From: Candidatus Tayloriibacteriota bacterium
GTDB lineage: Bacteria > Patescibacteriota > Minisyncoccia > Phycocordibacterales > PALSA-1337
Length of the DNA stretch: 64,000 nt
Direction: 5' to 3'
Assembly (NCBI GenBank): GCA_943350765.1
Contig: CALRAJ010000001.1
Span: 16,873-80,872, forward strand
Shown here: positions 1-10,155 of the stretch, in pieces
Layout: each line of letters begins with the position of its first letter
How positions within the stretch are numbered: position 1 is the first letter of the stretch
Translations under genes and position numbers: made by a program
The notes under the pieces: model-generated
The model's database searches: none
Told to the model about the DNA's origin: nothing
What the model saw: the letters and a program-made list of their open reading frames with translations, nothing else

Positions 1-1
1 C

Positions 2-232
2 GAGGGACTAACACTAATGGGTAATATTGCTTTTATGTACGCAACATTGCTTGCCCCGATTGCACTCGTAATGACGGTAACCGCATATCAGCCTGCAATA
101 GTTTTTTTGATTGGGATAATTTTGACACTATATGTTCCCCACATTTCAATTGAAAAGATAACAACACGACATCTACTTCACAAGGGTCTGGCTATCGGTG
201 TGATGGTTTTTGCAAGTTATTTGTTGTACTAA
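2..232 (+). CDS. C-terminal part of a membrane protein, probably DMT/EamA-like transporter (runs off the left edge)
   Basis: Frame is open from position 2; hydrophobic helices and a 'QPAIVFLIGIILT...EKIT' ending typical of EamA repeats. Confidence 0.5.
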   Translation, partial: EGLTLMGNIAFMYATLLAPIALVMTVTAYQPAIVFLIGIILTLYVPHISIEKITTRHLLHKGLAIGVMVFASYLLY

Positions 233-282
233 TTTTCTTTTGGTTCGTTGTTTACTTTTCAAAAGTCTACTATACTTATCAT

Positions 283-1980
283 ATGGATTTATTTTGCCCA
301 GACGCTAGTCAAAATTTGTTTGGATTTTTTGATATCACACTTGCACCAAGACTTTTATTTTACTCCTATATACCGATCATCATAGTCGCTTTACTTTTTG
401 GATTTTACATTTTCACTAAGAACAAAAAGTCCCTAGACGGCAAATTAATTCTTTTAATATCGACCGCTTTTTCTGTCCAGATTTTAAATGAAATTATTCA
501 GTGGATTGCGGTGCATGTAAAAGTTGTGCATTTTAGCTGGCAATTATCAGCTATTTTACAAGTATCTATTTATGCATTTATAATACTTTTTGTCTTTTAC
601 TTTTTGAATAAACAAAAAGTACTTGCTTTTAGATACAAAGTACTACTTTTTTTAGGTGTTCTTCCTGTCGTGGCACTACTCTTTTCGGAGTATAATATAT
701 CTTCATTTGATTTAGTAAACTGTCAGGGTAATAACGGAATACTATGGTTTTACATATATGGATATGAGATTTTTTCGATTATTTTGGTTAGTTGGATGTG
801 TTTGAAAAAGTATTTTAGCAAAACAATAGACAAAAGTGCCAAGGAGGAAACATTACTCTTTATGTCTGGTGTTGTCCTTTTTTTGATTATTTTTACAATC
901 ACCAACATTCTAGGTGATGCAACACTCGTGTATCAGATAAACCTCGTGGGTCCTCTTGGTATGGTAGTTTTTCTCGGTTTTCTTTCTTATACGATAGTCA
1001 AGTTCAAGGCATTTAATATAAAACTTCTTGGTTCAGAAATACTTATTGCCGTTTTATTTTTTCTGGTATTTGCAATGTTTTTTGTACGAAGGATTGAAAA
1101 TGTAAAATATGTACTAGTTTTTACGCTAATATTTATAATTATTCTTGGCAGGTCTCTTATTCGAGGAGTAAAAAGGGAAGTGGCATCGCGTGAGAAAATA
1201 GAGGAGCTTGCCGATAGTCTGGTAAAATCAAATGACAAATTAGAAAATGCCAACAATCAACTCAAAGAGCTAGATAGGCTAAAGTCAGAATTCCTTTCGC
1301 TTGCTTCTCATCAAATCAGAAATCCGCTGACAGCGATCAAAGGCTATGCGTCGCTCGTACTAGACGGTACTTATGGGGAGGTGTCTCAGTCAGTACGAGA
1401 GGCTGTTGACCGTATGTATCAGTCTACCCAGTCTCTCGTAACCATTGTGAGTGATTTTCTCGATGTTTCCCGTATTGAGCAAGGGACAATGAAGTATGAT
1501 TTTACAAGTTTTGATATTAAAAAGCTGGCAATACAAGTGGTGGCGGAGTTTAAGCCAAGTATACTAAAAGCAGGTCTAGAGATTTCAGTAAAAGCCTCAA
1601 ATGAAGATTATTTTGTAAATGCAGATCAAGGCAAGATCAAGCAAGTGATCGGCAACTTTATTGATAATTCAATAAAATATACTCCGAAAGGTTCGATACA
1701 AGTGTCGCTCGCGAGGCACACCCTTTCTGATGGAATAAGCGGTCGTGTTAGGGTAATTGTTTCTGATACTGGTATCGGAATGGATAAGGAAGTTATTCCT
1801 CATCTTTTTGCTAGATTTACGCGTGATAAAGATGCTTTTCGGACAAATGTGAGTGGCACTGGTCTCGGACTTTACATTACCAAACAAATGATAGAGGCAC
1901 ATCATGGTAAAATCTGGGCAGAGTCTGATGGAAAAGGCAAGGGTTCGAGGTTTATTTTTGAGATTGATACGATAAGGTAA
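283..1980 (+). CDS. Membrane sensor histidine kinase with multi-TM N-terminus
   Basis: H-box SHQIRNPL, N-box NFIDNSIKY, G1 DTGIGM, G2 GTGLGL; hydrophobic N-terminal half. Confidence 0.93.
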   Translation: MDLFCPDASQNLFGFFDITLAPRLLFYSYIPIIIVALLFGFYIFTKNKKSLDGKLILLISTAFSVQILNEIIQWIAVHVKVVHFSWQLSAILQVSIYAFIILFVFYFLNKQKVLAFRYKVLLFLGVLPVVALLFSEYNISSFDLVNCQGNNGILWFYIYGYEIFSIILVSWMCLKKYFSKTIDKSAKEETLLFMSGVVLFLIIFTITNILGDATLVYQINLVGPLGMVVFLGFLSYTIVKFKAFNIKLLGSEILIAVLFFLVFAMFFVRRIENVKYVLVFTLIFIIILGRSLIRGVKREVASREKIEELADSLVKSNDKLENANNQLKELDRLKSEFLSLASHQIRNPLTAIKGYASLVLDGTYGEVSQSVREAVDRMYQSTQSLVTIVSDFLDVSRIEQGTMKYDFTSFDIKKLAIQVVAEFKPSILKAGLEISVKASNEDYFVNADQGKIKQVIGNFIDNSIKYTPKGSIQVSLARHTLSDGISGRVRVIVSDTGIGMDKEVIPHLFARFTRDKDAFRTNVSGTGLGLYITKQMIEAHHGKIWAESDGKGKGSRFIFEIDTIR

Positions 1981-1983
1981 AAA

Positions 1984-2116
1984 TGGTAGAAGGGCTCAAC
2001 GGTAAATGGTTGAGCCCTTCTACCAAACGATGGCTTAAACTCGTCGAGGCTTGTTTTTGAGAATGTGGCTCTGTATAGGCACGCTAAACGGCTAAACACT
2101 AGTGTTTAGCCGTTTA
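1984..2116. repeat. GGCT/AGCC palindrome cluster (units D-C-B)
   Basis: Hairpin 1984-2025, gtggctctgtataggcac 2065-2082, perfect 32-bp palindrome taaacggctaaacactagtgtttagccgttta 2085-2116. Confidence 0.9.
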
Positions 2117-2215
2117 ATACTATCGGGCGTAGTATTGTAGTTTGTAACACGCTTCATGGTTTAGGTGGTGGGTAGTAATTTCCCGTTTTCTACTTTATTT
2201 GATATACTAAAGAGT

Positions 2216-3172
2216 ATGAAAAAAGTTTTATTATCAGGAATACAGCCTACAGGTCGACCACATATTGGCAATTATTTTGGTGCGATGAAGCAGTGGGTTG
2301 ATCTGCAGACAAGTCAGCCAGATACAGAGAAGTTTTTTATGATTGCCGACTATCATGCACTCAACTTTATTCAAAACAATGAAGAATTGAAGCAGAATAT
2401 CCTCGATGTTGTGCTGGACTATTTAGCTATTGGTCTCGATCCAAAGCAGTCAGCGATTTTTAAACAGTCAGATGTCTCGGCGCATACTGAGCTGGCGTGG
2501 ATTTTTGATACTATTACTACCATGCCGTATTTGATGCGTGCCCACGCATTCAAAGACGCCGAAGTAAAAAATAAGGAGATAGGGGTGGGGACTTTCAACT
2601 ACCCAATGCTCATGTCAGCAGACATTTTACTATATGACACAACTGTAGTACCCGTAGGTCAGGACCAGAAACAACATATCGAATATGCTCGTGATACTGC
2701 GGAAAAGTTTAATCGTATTTTTGGTGAGACATTTGTGTTGCCTGAAGCACTGATAATGAAGGAAGTGGCTGTCGTACCAGGTACTGATGGTCAGAAAATG
2801 AGTAAAAGCTATGGCAACACAATACCTCTTTTTGCTACCGATGAAGAGATTAGGAAAGCAGTGATGAGTATTGTGACGGATTCATCTGGCAGTATTCCGA
2901 AAAATGTCTACGAGATCCATAAACTTTTTCGTTCTACTACGGAGCTCGATGTTTTATACAAAGAGAAGTCAGGCAAGTACAAAGACTTAAAAGACGCCTT
3001 GATTGCTGATATTTCTGCATTTATAAAACCGCTACGGGAGAGACGGGAAGAGTTCGCTAAAAATAAAGATGCTGTATTAGCTATTCTCAAAGCTGGTGGA
3101 GAAAAGGCAAAGGCCAAGGCACAAGCAAAGATAGAGGTGGTGCGAGAAAAAATCGGGGTAAGGTTGTATTAG
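2216..3172 (+). CDS. trpS: Tryptophan--tRNA ligase
   Basis: SGIQPTG..HIGNY, VPVGQDQKQH, KMSKS; ATG 2216 lies 7 nt after TGnTATACT. Confidence 0.97.
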   Translation: MKKVLLSGIQPTGRPHIGNYFGAMKQWVDLQTSQPDTEKFFMIADYHALNFIQNNEELKQNILDVVLDYLAIGLDPKQSAIFKQSDVSAHTELAWIFDTITTMPYLMRAHAFKDAEVKNKEIGVGTFNYPMLMSADILLYDTTVVPVGQDQKQHIEYARDTAEKFNRIFGETFVLPEALIMKEVAVVPGTDGQKMSKSYGNTIPLFATDEEIRKAVMSIVTDSSGSIPKNVYEIHKLFRSTTELDVLYKEKSGKYKDLKDALIADISAFIKPLRERREEFAKNKDAVLAILKAGGEKAKAKAQAKIEVVREKIGVRLY

Positions 3173-3174
3173 TT

Positions 3175-3288
3175 AGGTTTTTCAAAATAGTCCTTTTTAA
3201 GGGTACGAGTATTTCCCTGGTAGGAAATTTCTGAAGTCTCGGCTACACGCCTGCGAACCCCCTTAAAAAGGACTATTTTGAAAAACCT
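3175..3288 (-). repeat. Family A structured element, minimal copy A1
   Basis: Perfect 29-bp terminal stem (3175-3203/3260-3288) enclosing the family core acgagtatttccctggtaggaaatttctgaagtctcggctac. Confidence 0.8.
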
Positions 3289-3322
3289 TTGTGGTGGTGG
3301 AGGTAGGTGAGAAGTTAAAAAT

Positions 3323-5140
3323 ATGTCCAAAAAAACAACAAAAGAACAATTTGGCTCTGTTTTAGAACTTTTACGCAATAGTAAGCGTCTCTTGAGGCTG
3401 GTATGGAAAGAGCAAAGAAAAATGATACTGATCATTGTTCTATTATCCCTAGGTATTTCTCTAATGCCTTTTTTGAAAAGCGGAGTACTCGCTCTTTTGG
3501 TAAATAATCTAACCAATATAAATACTGTGGGTACTGGAGCTATTACTTGGCTCTCAGTGCTTGCTGTGATGATGATTTTGGTACCAGAGTTGCTATATGG
3601 TCTAAAGAGTTATGTTGATCGTTGGTTCAGTATTGATTTACAAGAAAGTTTTGAAATCTTCTTTATTTCTAAAAAATCGACAATGGATATTGCGACCATA
3701 GAGGATCCAAAGTTTAATGACATATTGAATACTTTACAGGAGAGAGGTGTGTGGCCAATGGTAAATATGGTAGAGGACATGTTTATGAATCTTCCAAACA
3801 TTCTGGGGGTCATCATTGCTTCTATTATATTGTACACATTTAGTCCTTGGCTTTTTATAATCATTACAATTGCAGTGTTACCTAGAGTATTTGTTGAAGC
3901 GATATACGGTGATGGTGTATACGGCATATATCACGCTGAGGCATCGGTGCGAAGGCGTTTCTGGGCTTTCAGAGATTATTTTATGGATAAAAGAGATTTG
4001 ACAGAAATGAAGTTGTTTCAAAGTACTGGTTATTTTATCAAGATAATTGCTGATATTTTTCATTCGTTCAATACAAAACAAAAAACTGTCGAAAGAAAAA
4101 GAATTTTTTGGCATATGGTCGCACTTTTGGTAACGGGTGGAGCGATAGGTGGGGGTGTCATACTGGTGATTCGTAGTGTGCTCTCTGGTGAGACAGAAGT
4201 GGGGACAATGATTTTTGTAATTTCAGCTATTATTGAGCTAGAGTGGGCATTATCAGGATTTTTGATGAATTTGGCTAAACAATATAAAAACAGTTTGTTT
4301 GTATCTGATTTATTTAGGATACTGGATATAAAGTCAAATCTACCAAAGGCAAGTAATCCCTTTAAAATAAATCCAACTCAAACACCAAGAATTGTTTTTG
4401 ATGATGTTTCTTTTTCTTATCCTGGGACAAAACGAGAGGTGCTTTCTCATCTTTCTTTTACTATAGAGTCTGGAGAAAAGCTGGCACTGGTGGGTGTAAA
4501 TGGTGCTGGCAAGACTACTTTGGTAAAGCTACTCTGCCGAGTGTATGACCCTACTATTGGAAGGATATTGATAGATGGAAGGGATTTACGAGATCTGGAT
4601 ATACATAGCTGGCTTCATACACTCGGAGTACTTTTTCAAGATTACACTTCCTATCAAATGAAAGCTTCAGAGTCGATTGCATTAGGTAGAACCAGTGAGC
4701 CGTTTGACATGGATCGGGTAAAATGGGCAGCACAGGGAAGTGAGGCATCGGAGTTTATAGATGAATGGGAAAATGGATATGAACAGATGTTGGGTAAACA
4801 GTTTGAGGGTGGTATTGATCCATCAAAGGGTCAGCTTCAAAAGCTCGCTCTGGCTCGAGTGTTGTATCGTAATCCTGCTGTGCTTATTCTCGATGAGCCG
4901 ACGGCCTCCGTGGATGCCGAGTCCGAAGCAAAGATTTTTGCTAGGCTAGAGGCTTTACCAAAAGACAAGACAGTGATTCTTATTTCCCATCGCTTTTCGA
5001 CAGTGCGTACAGCAGACAAGATACTAGTTTTGAAAGACGGTATGGTGCATGAGCTGGGGTCGCATACTGAGCTGATCAAAAAAGCTGGGACCTATGCTGA
5101 AATATTTAAATTGCAAGCAAAGGGGTACAATACCGAGTAG
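3323..5140 (+). CDS. ABC transporter, fused permease/ATP-binding (exporter type)
   Basis: TM N-terminal half; Walker A GVNGAGKT, degenerate signature PSKGQ, Walker B LILDEPT, H-loop SHR. Confidence 0.92.
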   Translation: MSKKTTKEQFGSVLELLRNSKRLLRLVWKEQRKMILIIVLLSLGISLMPFLKSGVLALLVNNLTNINTVGTGAITWLSVLAVMMILVPELLYGLKSYVDRWFSIDLQESFEIFFISKKSTMDIATIEDPKFNDILNTLQERGVWPMVNMVEDMFMNLPNILGVIIASIILYTFSPWLFIIITIAVLPRVFVEAIYGDGVYGIYHAEASVRRRFWAFRDYFMDKRDLTEMKLFQSTGYFIKIIADIFHSFNTKQKTVERKRIFWHMVALLVTGGAIGGGVILVIRSVLSGETEVGTMIFVISAIIELEWALSGFLMNLAKQYKNSLFVSDLFRILDIKSNLPKASNPFKINPTQTPRIVFDDVSFSYPGTKREVLSHLSFTIESGEKLALVGVNGAGKTTLVKLLCRVYDPTIGRILIDGRDLRDLDIHSWLHTLGVLFQDYTSYQMKASESIALGRTSEPFDMDRVKWAAQGSEASEFIDEWENGYEQMLGKQFEGGIDPSKGQLQKLALARVLYRNPAVLILDEPTASVDAESEAKIFARLEALPKDKTVILISHRFSTVRTADKILVLKDGMVHELGSHTELIKKAGTYAEIFKLQAKGYNTE

Positions 5141-5173
5141 TCAAAAGTCGAAAGTACGGAGTTGAAAGTGGAG

Positions 5174-5347
5174 AAATCCCCGAATTTTCAGTAGAAAATT
5201 CGGGGATTTATGGCAAAAGTAGGTAAAAATGAGATTGGCTCTGCAGAGCCAATCTCATCGGCTAAACTCCGTGCTTAGCCGATGAGATTTATAGGTAGAT
5301 AAGGTTAAATAACTAGTGCATCTACGCTATAGCGTAGATGCACTAGT
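5174..5347. repeat. Palindrome cluster (E-C-B plus an extra palindrome)
   Basis: aaatccccgaattttcagtagaaaattcggggattt 5174-5209; atgagattggctctgcagagccaatctcat 5229-5258; B unit to 5289; actagtgcatctacgctatagcgtagatgcactagt 5312-5347. Confidence 0.9.
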
Positions 5348-5353
5348 TTAGGT

Positions 5354-5499
5354 TACTCCAAATTACAAAATACCTTTCTTAGCATATCTTTTTGAAAGCA
5401 CGAGTATTTCTTTGGTAAAAAATCTCTCAAGTCTCAGCTACCCGCTTCCGAAGTCTTTCAAAAAGATACGCCTGCGACGGTATTTGGTAATTTGGTGTA
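5354..5499 (-). repeat. Family A structured element, copy A2
   Basis: Ends tactccaaattac...gtaatttggtgta; contains the family core; lacks the side modules seen in A3-A7. Confidence 0.88.
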
Positions 5500-5540
5500 G
5501 GTCGGTATTTTCTTTTGTGGATATATGCTATACTGTTTTT

Positions 5541-5725
5541 ATAAGCCCCTAACGCTCTGACAACGCGTCGTTTCTAGAAGGAAACAGGCTTTTTAAACAA
5601 AACTACAGAGGCTTTATAATAAGCGAATTGAGGTGGCACCACGACATGACCAACACTAGATGTGTTAGGCAAATATCGTCCTCATAAAATTATCCATCGG
5701 GTAGTTTTGTGAGGGCGATTTTAAT
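5541..5725 (+). promoter_or_regulatory. T-box riboswitch leader of aspS
   Basis: T-box motif aattgaggtggcaccacga (5626-5644) can pair with tcgtcctc (5676-5683); alternative terminator stem 5675-5719 followed by T-rich tail; TGnTATACT promoter at 5526-5534; lies upstream of an aaRS gene. Confidence 0.85.
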
Positions 5726-5735
5726 TTTATCAAAA

Positions 5736-7067
5736 ATGAAAAGAATATATATCAAAGAATTAGAAAATAATATTGGGCAAGAAGTATTGATTTCTGGCTG
5801 GGTGGATGTGCGTCGAGATCAGGGTAAAATGATTTTTTTTGAGTTTCGAGATGTGAGCGGAAAAATACAGGGAGTGATTTTACCAAATGCAAAAGAGGCA
5901 CATGTGGTGGGGAGTACCCTTCGTCCAGAGTGGGTGGTTTCTGTATTGGGTAAGGTAAACGCACGCCCTGAAAAAAATATTCAAAAAGACAAGCTTAATG
6001 GTGCTATCGAGCTTGAGATTTTGAGTATTGAGGTATTATCAGAGGCAAAGGAGGTACCCTTTGAACTTAATACCGAGGTGAACCTTGATACACATCTCGA
6101 TTACCTTCCTTTTACATTGAGAAATGCTCGTACTCGAGACATTTTTAAAATGCAGGCATCAATACTTAATGCATATCGAAACTCGCTAGCCTCACAAGGC
6201 TTTACTGAGTTTATTGCCCCGGCACTTGTGGGCGGTGATGCTGAAGGGGGGGCGGCAGCATTTAAAGTCGAATATTTTTATGATAAGACAGCTTTTCTTG
6301 CGACAAGTCCACAGCTTTATAAGCAAATAATGGTGGGCTCATTTGAACGAGTGTTTACTATCGCGAAAGTATTTAGAGCTGAAAAAAGTGCTACTACTCG
6401 TCATATATCCGAAATCACTCAGATGGATTTTGAAATGGGTTTTATTGAGGATGAGACTGCACCAATGCAGGTACTCGAAGCCGTTGTTCGTGACACGGTA
6501 GAAGCTGTCACAAAAAAGCATTCAGATATTTTTGCGAGATTTAATACTACCCCCCCTGAAATCCCTGCTAAAATACCAGTATTTACACTCAAGGATGCTC
6601 ATGCACTGATTGCAAAAGAATTCAATCGCACTATTGAAGATGTGTACGATATGGCTCCGGAGGATGAGAGACAAATTTGTGAGTATGCAAAAAAGAATCT
6701 GAAATCCGATTTCGTCTTTATAACCAAGTTTCCAACCAAGAAGCGAGCATTTTACACCTACGAGGAACCAACCGAAGCCCCGTTTTCCCGAGGTTTTGAC
6801 CTCCTTTTTCGAGGACTTGAAATTAATAGTGGTGCACAGCGTATTAATAACTACGAGTCACTCGTGGCTCGGATGAAAGACCGTGGACTTGATCCAGAAA
6901 AGTTCTCATTCTACCTTCAGGCTTTTAAATACGGCATGCCTCCTCACGGTGGTTCTTCGACTGGACTCGAACGATTTACTGCACGCATGCTCGAGATTAC
7001 AAATGTGAAAGAAGCAACCGCATTTCCGCGTGATTTAAATCGTATCGACACACTTTTGTCTCAGTAG
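5736..7067 (+). CDS. aspS: Aspartate--tRNA(Asp/Asn) ligase, short non-discriminating (archaeal-like) type
   Basis: OB-fold start (GWV..RRDQGK), SPQLYKQ, FRAEKS, GMPPHGG..GLER, FPRD; no GAD insertion. Confidence 0.9.
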   Translation: MKRIYIKELENNIGQEVLISGWVDVRRDQGKMIFFEFRDVSGKIQGVILPNAKEAHVVGSTLRPEWVVSVLGKVNARPEKNIQKDKLNGAIELEILSIEVLSEAKEVPFELNTEVNLDTHLDYLPFTLRNARTRDIFKMQASILNAYRNSLASQGFTEFIAPALVGGDAEGGAAAFKVEYFYDKTAFLATSPQLYKQIMVGSFERVFTIAKVFRAEKSATTRHISEITQMDFEMGFIEDETAPMQVLEAVVRDTVEAVTKKHSDIFARFNTTPPEIPAKIPVFTLKDAHALIAKEFNRTIEDVYDMAPEDERQICEYAKKNLKSDFVFITKFPTKKRAFYTYEEPTEAPFSRGFDLLFRGLEINSGAQRINNYESLVARMKDRGLDPEKFSFYLQAFKYGMPPHGGSSTGLERFTARMLEITNVKEATAFPRDLNRIDTLLSQ

Positions 7068-7080
7068 TTTTGATTAAAAT

Positions 7081-7815
7081 ATGATTGCCACCTACACCGT
7101 AAAACAAGCATCATTTGAAGGACCACTCGAGCTACTACTCGAGCTGATTGAAAAGCGGAAGCTTTTTATAAACGACATTTCTCTGGCACAAGTTACGGAC
7201 GATTTTATTGGTCGCATAGGAGATGGTGCGCAACATTCCATTGCTGATAGCGCACAGTTTATTCTGGTAGCATCGACACTACTTCTTATTAAGTCAAAAT
7301 CGCTTCTTCCGACGCTCTCTCTGACACAGGAGGAACAGGGAAGTATTGAGGATTTGAATAAACGACTAGAGGTCTATCAACGGATTAAAAATCTAAGTGT
7401 CCATATTAAAGAAAGATTTGGTTTATCACAGCTTTTTTTTCCAGTTCAGTCTAGGGTGTATGAACCAGTCTTTTCGCCAGACGCATCTATGACCGCAGAA
7501 AATATTCGGCAGGCAATGACAGATGTTATACTCCACCTACCAAAGAAAGAATCCTTGCCTAAGGTGCTGGTAAAAAAAGTGATTAGCCTCGAGGAGATGA
7601 TCGATAGTTTAACTTCGCGTATCCAGTCTAGTCTCAGAATGGCCTTTAAGACTTTTGCTGGTATTGGAAGAGAAGAAAAGGTCAATGTGATAGTGAGCTT
7701 TCTAGCTATGCTTGAGCTAGTGAAGCAAGGTATACTGATGGTGTCACAAGAGCAGGCTTTTGACGATATTCAAATGGAAAGTCGAGATATCGGAGTTCCG
7801 AAATATACGCTATAA
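7081..7815 (+). CDS. scpA: Segregation and condensation protein A
   Basis: FEGPLELLLELI, FLAMLELVK; adjacent to scpB. Confidence 0.93.
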   Translation: MIATYTVKQASFEGPLELLLELIEKRKLFINDISLAQVTDDFIGRIGDGAQHSIADSAQFILVASTLLLIKSKSLLPTLSLTQEEQGSIEDLNKRLEVYQRIKNLSVHIKERFGLSQLFFPVQSRVYEPVFSPDASMTAENIRQAMTDVILHLPKKESLPKVLVKKVISLEEMIDSLTSRIQSSLRMAFKTFAGIGREEKVNVIVSFLAMLELVKQGILMVSQEQAFDDIQMESRDIGVPKYTL

Positions 7816-7832
7816 TATCACATAATTTATCT

Positions 7833-8453
7833 ATGGAACTATCCGCACAAATAGAAGCGCTACTTTTTTGGAAAGCTGAGCCGATTTCAGCAAAGAGACT
7901 CGTGCAAATCCTGAAAAAAGAACCCAAAGAAATCGAGTCTGCTCTTTTGAAACTCGAAGAACAGCTCGTAGGTCGCGGGCTGTGTTTGGTGTATAAAGAT
8001 GACGAGGTAACTCTCGCCACAGCAAGAGGATGTGCGGAAATGATCGAGACCCTGACTAAAGAAGAACTTACCAAAGATCTCGGTAAAGCTGGCCTCGAAA
8101 CACTGTCTATAGTAATCTACCGTGGTCCAGTGTCTCGTAGCGAAATCGACTATATTCGAGGTGTAAACTCAAACTTTATCCTTCGCAACCTTTTGGTGCG
8201 TGGGCTAGTAGAGCGAGTATCAAAGCCAGGAGATGAGCGGAGTTATCTTTACAAACCTACCTTTGACTTGCTTGCGTATATTGGGGTAAAGAGAGTTGAG
8301 GATTTGCCCGAGTATACCCGTATGCGTGAGGAAATAGAGACTCTACAAAAACAGACAGAAAATGATAGTAAGATTTCCAAGGCTGACCTAGAAGAAACAA
8401 TTTATCCGGAAAATTCTCCTTCAGATGAAAATCGTGATACACTAAGTAAATAA
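7833..8453 (+). CDS. scpB: Segregation and condensation protein B
   Basis: IEALLF, LETLSIVIYRGPVSRSEIDYIRGVNS. Confidence 0.95.
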   Translation: MELSAQIEALLFWKAEPISAKRLVQILKKEPKEIESALLKLEEQLVGRGLCLVYKDDEVTLATARGCAEMIETLTKEELTKDLGKAGLETLSIVIYRGPVSRSEIDYIRGVNSNFILRNLLVRGLVERVSKPGDERSYLYKPTFDLLAYIGVKRVEDLPEYTRMREEIETLQKQTENDSKISKADLEETIYPENSPSDENRDTLSK

Positions 8454-8471
8454 TTTCATTATAATCTTTTT

Positions 8472-9551
8472 ATGCCAGTCATCCTCGATGTTGTAAAAGT
8501 ATTTTTCCCAGCTACATTAGCTTTTTTTATTGGGCTCGTACTTTCTGTAGCACTTTCGCATTATTTGTATGAATACAAGATGTGGAAAAAGAAGTCTGGA
8601 AAAATAGCGCCTGATGGTCGCGAGACACCGATTTTTAATTCTTTACACAAAGATAGAGAAGTCAGTACTCCTAAAATGGGTGGTATTGTGATCTGGCTTT
8701 CAACCTTCTTGACGATTAGCTTCTTTTGGCTAGTCGCCCACTTTTTCCCCACAAGCCTTACAGGTAAGCTCGACCTACTTAGCCGTAATCAAACATGGAT
8801 ACCACTCCTCACACTTATCCTCGGTGCATTGGTAGGGCTAGTAGATGATTTATACGAAATCCGTGGTGGTGGAGGGCATATCGCAGGAGGACTTTCGCTT
8901 CGTAAAAGGATCGGTATTGTAGCTATTATCGCTTTTCTCTGTGGTGTTTGGTTTTATACCAAGCTTGGCGTGGTATCACTTGGAGTACCATTTTTGGGAG
9001 ATGTGTCCATTGGCTGGCTCATTATACCTATATTTGTTTTGGTTATGACAGCTGTATATTCTGGTGGGGTAATAGATGGTATAGACGGTCTAGCTGGAGG
9101 AGTTTTTGCTATTATGTTTAGTGCCTATTCTATCATTGCTTTTTATCAACAACAGATAAATCTCGCTAGTTTTTGTGCGGTGATTGTGGGTAGCCTCCTA
9201 GCGTTTTTGTGGTTCAATATCCCACCTGCTCGATTTTATATGTCTGAGACGGGAAGTATGGCACTCACGATCACACTTTCAGTGGTTGCATTTATGACGG
9301 ACTCGCTCGGTGAGGGGCATGGTATTTTTGTCCTTCCGATTATTGCTTTTCCACTTGTCATTACGACACTTTCGGTGATTATCCAGCTTTTTTCTAAAAA
9401 GATGCGGAATGGCAAAAAAGTATTTCTAGTAGCACCACTCCATCATCATTTCGAGGCTATCGGCTGGCCTGCACACAAAGTAACGATGCGATATTGGGTA
9501 TTTAGTGTGATTTTCGCTATCATTGGGGTAACGGTTGCTTTAGTGGGATAA
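8472..9551 (+). CDS. mraY: Phospho-N-acetylmuramoyl-pentapeptide transferase (MraY family)
   Basis: TPKMGG, GLVDD, DGIDGLA, FLWFN, APLHHHFE. Confidence 0.88.
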   Translation: MPVILDVVKVFFPATLAFFIGLVLSVALSHYLYEYKMWKKKSGKIAPDGRETPIFNSLHKDREVSTPKMGGIVIWLSTFLTISFFWLVAHFFPTSLTGKLDLLSRNQTWIPLLTLILGALVGLVDDLYEIRGGGGHIAGGLSLRKRIGIVAIIAFLCGVWFYTKLGVVSLGVPFLGDVSIGWLIIPIFVLVMTAVYSGGVIDGIDGLAGGVFAIMFSAYSIIAFYQQQINLASFCAVIVGSLLAFLWFNIPPARFYMSETGSMALTITLSVVAFMTDSLGEGHGIFVLPIIAFPLVITTLSVIIQLFSKKMRNGKKVFLVAPLHHHFEAIGWPAHKVTMRYWVFSVIFAIIGVTVALVG

Positions 9552-9598
9552 ATGTTCAATCCTACCTAAACAGTCGAAAAACTCATTTTTTGGCAAAA

Positions 9599-9706
9599 AT
9601 GAGAATGGCTCTGTAGAGCCATTCTCATCGGCTAAACCCCGTGTTTAGCCGATGAAAACGGGGATTTGTATTCCACTAAATTTTCTACTGAAAATTTAGT
9701 GGAATA
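9599..9706. repeat. Palindrome cluster (C-B-E)
   Basis: ggct-ctgtag-agcc-attctcatc-ggct-aaaccccgtgttt-agcc 9607-9650; E hairpin tattccactaaattttctactgaaaatttagtggaata 9669-9706. Confidence 0.9.
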
Positions 9707-9802
9707 AACCTGTATTTTTTGTTAAAAAAACCTGTAGATGTATACTGTAATGTGTGGTCGTACGGTTGTGGTATACATGGCAAATGGTGCTGTTTTTTAA
9801 AT

Positions 9803-9827
9803 AAAAAAACCGAGCTTTTACACTCGG
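9803..9827 (-). terminator. Probable intrinsic terminator of the small minus-strand ORF
   Basis: ccgag/ctcgg stem preceded by an A-run on plus (U-tail on minus). Confidence 0.55.
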
Positions 9828-9848
9828 CTAAACTACCCATATATCTAT

Positions 9849-10040
9849 TTAATAGCCAGTATCCTCGCTGTATATGATTGAAACTATGTGTTTACCGCTC
9901 ATATCCACACAGTGAGTGTGTGAGACAACCGTGACCTTTTTATGTCTTAAAAACCACGAGTTAATCTCCCCTCCAACCATTTCTGTCGCATCGACAGCAC
10001 TGGATGTTTGTTTGTATGTAAAGAACTTAATTTTGTACAT
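9849..10040 (-). CDS. Small hypothetical protein (63 aa)
   Basis: ORF with own minus-strand TTGACT-17-TATTAT promoter (~10089-10117), purine-rich RBS-like leader and terminator. Confidence 0.6.
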   Translation of the reverse strand: MYKIKFFTYKQTSSAVDATEMVGGEINSWFLRHKKVTVVSHTHCVDMSGKHIVSIIYSEDTGY

Positions 10041-10155
10041 ATTCCACCTTTTCCTAGTTTGACCTACAATTATGAAATTACTTCTTTATAATACTACCTT
10101 ATAGATATATAGTCAAGTATTCTCTTTGCCGCTCTTTTACTGTACTATTGTCCCT

